This document shows, in pieces, positions 39,884 to 40,546 of a stretch of 40,546 bases of DNA. Both the position numbers and the translations under genes were made by a program. The stretch's first letter is position 1. The number at the start of each line of letters is the position of its first letter. The notes under the pieces are model-generated. The model saw only the letters and a list, made by a program, of their open reading frames with translations. It did no database searches and was not told where the DNA came from. The DNA is from a virus. Location of the stretch: the IMG/VR virus record IMGVR_UViG_3300004481_000286, positions 1 to 40,546 of that record, one strand, 5' to 3'.

Positions 39884-40267
39884 TCAGGCGCGATAAAACA
39901 CAGCAGCAGTGGCGCTAGAAATCCGACCCACGAAGGTGCCGGAGCTAGCGGCTGCAACTGCAGCAACACCGACAACAGTTACGCCATCGCCACCGCCAAG
40001 GGTGAGCGTATGGGTATCAGCCGCCAGGTTGACTACGTTCAGCTCAAAGGTCTGACCGACCTTAAACTGATCGCCCATCTCAGCCTTGATAAGGGCCAAG
40101 GTGGCGGTGGTAATGGTGCGGTTGCCGGTAGGCGTTGCAGTGATAACTGCGCCTACAGACTCAGCAGCAGACAGGGTAGTGCCAGCAGTGTTGCTGGCGG
40201 CCACCAGCAGCTTGCCAGTGGACGAACGCCCAAAGGAAGGCTGCTCAAGTTCAAAAATGGAAGCCAT
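39884..40267 (-). CDS. head decoration / capsid accessory protein (candidate)
   Basis: 127 aa and Ala/Thr/Gly/Val-rich, immediately downstream of the capsid gene. The assignment rests on position only. Confidence 0.45.
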   Translation of the reverse strand: MASIFELEQPSFGRSSTGKLLVAASNTAGTTLSAAESVGAVITATPTGNRTITTATLALIKAEMGDQFKVGQTFELNVVNLAADTHTLTLGGGDGVTVVGVAAVAAASSGTFVGRISSATAAVFYRA

Positions 40268-40278
40268 GATTAGTTACC

Positions 40279-40546
40279 TCAATCGAAGTTAGAGGTGTTT
40301 GTGGCCCGCACGATTCCAAGGTTCTTGGTTTCGTACACCTTCGACCAGTTGCCAACTGTTGCCAGCTGAGCGCGGGTCGGGTTGGTGGTGGTCACGCCCC
40401 ACTTAGCACCCACAGGGTGATACACATAGTGCAGGTCGATCGACATGGCATCGCTCTTGGCGAGGATGTCTCTGTCTGTCTCTGTCTGCATCGCCATTTG
40501 CTCACCGCTGGCGATTGCGCCTTGGGTGAAGAAATAGGTTGCGTAC
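40279..40546 (-). CDS. major capsid protein, C-terminal part (continues from 1-827 through the circular junction)
   Basis: The frame of ORF 40279-40497 (…QTETDRDILAKSDAMSIDLHYVYHPVGAKWGV...NTSNFD) is continuous with the minus frame that is open at base 1, once the 60-bp repeat is collapsed. Confidence 0.85.
   Translation of the reverse strand, partial: YATYFFTQGAIASGEQMAMQTETDRDILAKSDAMSIDLHYVYHPVGAKWGVTTTNPTRAQLATVGNWSKVYETKNLGIVRATNTSNFD
40487..40546. repeat. 60-bp terminal direct repeat, copy 2
   Basis: Identical to bases 1-60. Confidence 0.95.

Noticed and set aside
40471-40490. Short tctgtctgtctctgtctg microrepeat next to the terminal repeat
   Set aside because: It lies inside the capsid coding frame (QTETDRD) and is too short to be a meaningful repeat or packaging signal on this evidence.
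1-40546. tRNA genes, CRISPR arrays, integrase/attP sites and toxin-antitoxin pairs
   Set aside because: Apart from the iteron region, every intergenic gap is at most 181 bp, and none showed a cloverleaf-like structure on inspection. I saw no direct-repeat-spacer arrays and no recombinase motifs. A tRNAscan or HMM run would be needed to exclude them formally.

Overview
The window is a complete tailed-phage genome of siphovirus type. It carries a tape-measure protein, a tail-chaperone frameshift and a major tail protein. Bases 1-60 are identical to 40487-40546, so the record is a circularly closed or terminally redundant molecule of 40,486 unique bp. The linearisation point falls inside the major capsid gene, at 1-827 plus 40279-40546 on the minus strand.

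The genome has two transcription arms that diverge from a palindromic promoter pair near 12.2 kb.
- **Rightward arm, plus strand, 12256-23085:**
  - SNF2-helicase/N4-N6 methyltransferase fusion
  - second SF2 helicase
  - minimal C5-methyltransferase-like protein
  - VRR-NUC nuclease
  - RecE-like exonuclease, RecT and SSB
  - zinc-ribbon and RHH regulators
  - dCTP deaminase
  - full-length sigma-70 family sigma factor
- **Leftward arm, minus strand, 12187 down through 1, continuing 40546 down to 23154:**
  - RHH protein
  - AEP-primase/SF3-helicase
  - iteron-rich non-coding region
  - second RHH protein
  - DUF3310 protein
  - phage DnaN sliding clamp
  - small and large terminase
  - two Cys-rich proteins and a cyanobacterial-type AbrB (cyAbrB) homologue
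  - portal, Mu-F-like head protein, small basic proteins, scaffold and capsid
  - head-tail joining genes
  - tail genes
  - tail fibres
  - lysis cassette
  - HNH endonuclease

I saw no integrase, CI-like repressor, tRNA or CRISPR array. The cyAbrB homologue and the cyanobacterial-looking sigma factor, in a visibly GC-rich genome, suggest a cyanobacterial host of Synechococcus/Cyanobium type. That host call is an inference from remembered family signatures.

All family assignments come from motif recognition by eye, not database searches. The regions most worth follow-up are:
- the helicase/methyltransferase/nuclease island, 12408-17208
- the iteron array next to the primase-helicase, 9354-9710
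- the sigma factor with an opposite-strand small ORF
- the cyAbrB insertion between terminase and portal
- a C1q-like plus YD-repeat insertion in the neck module
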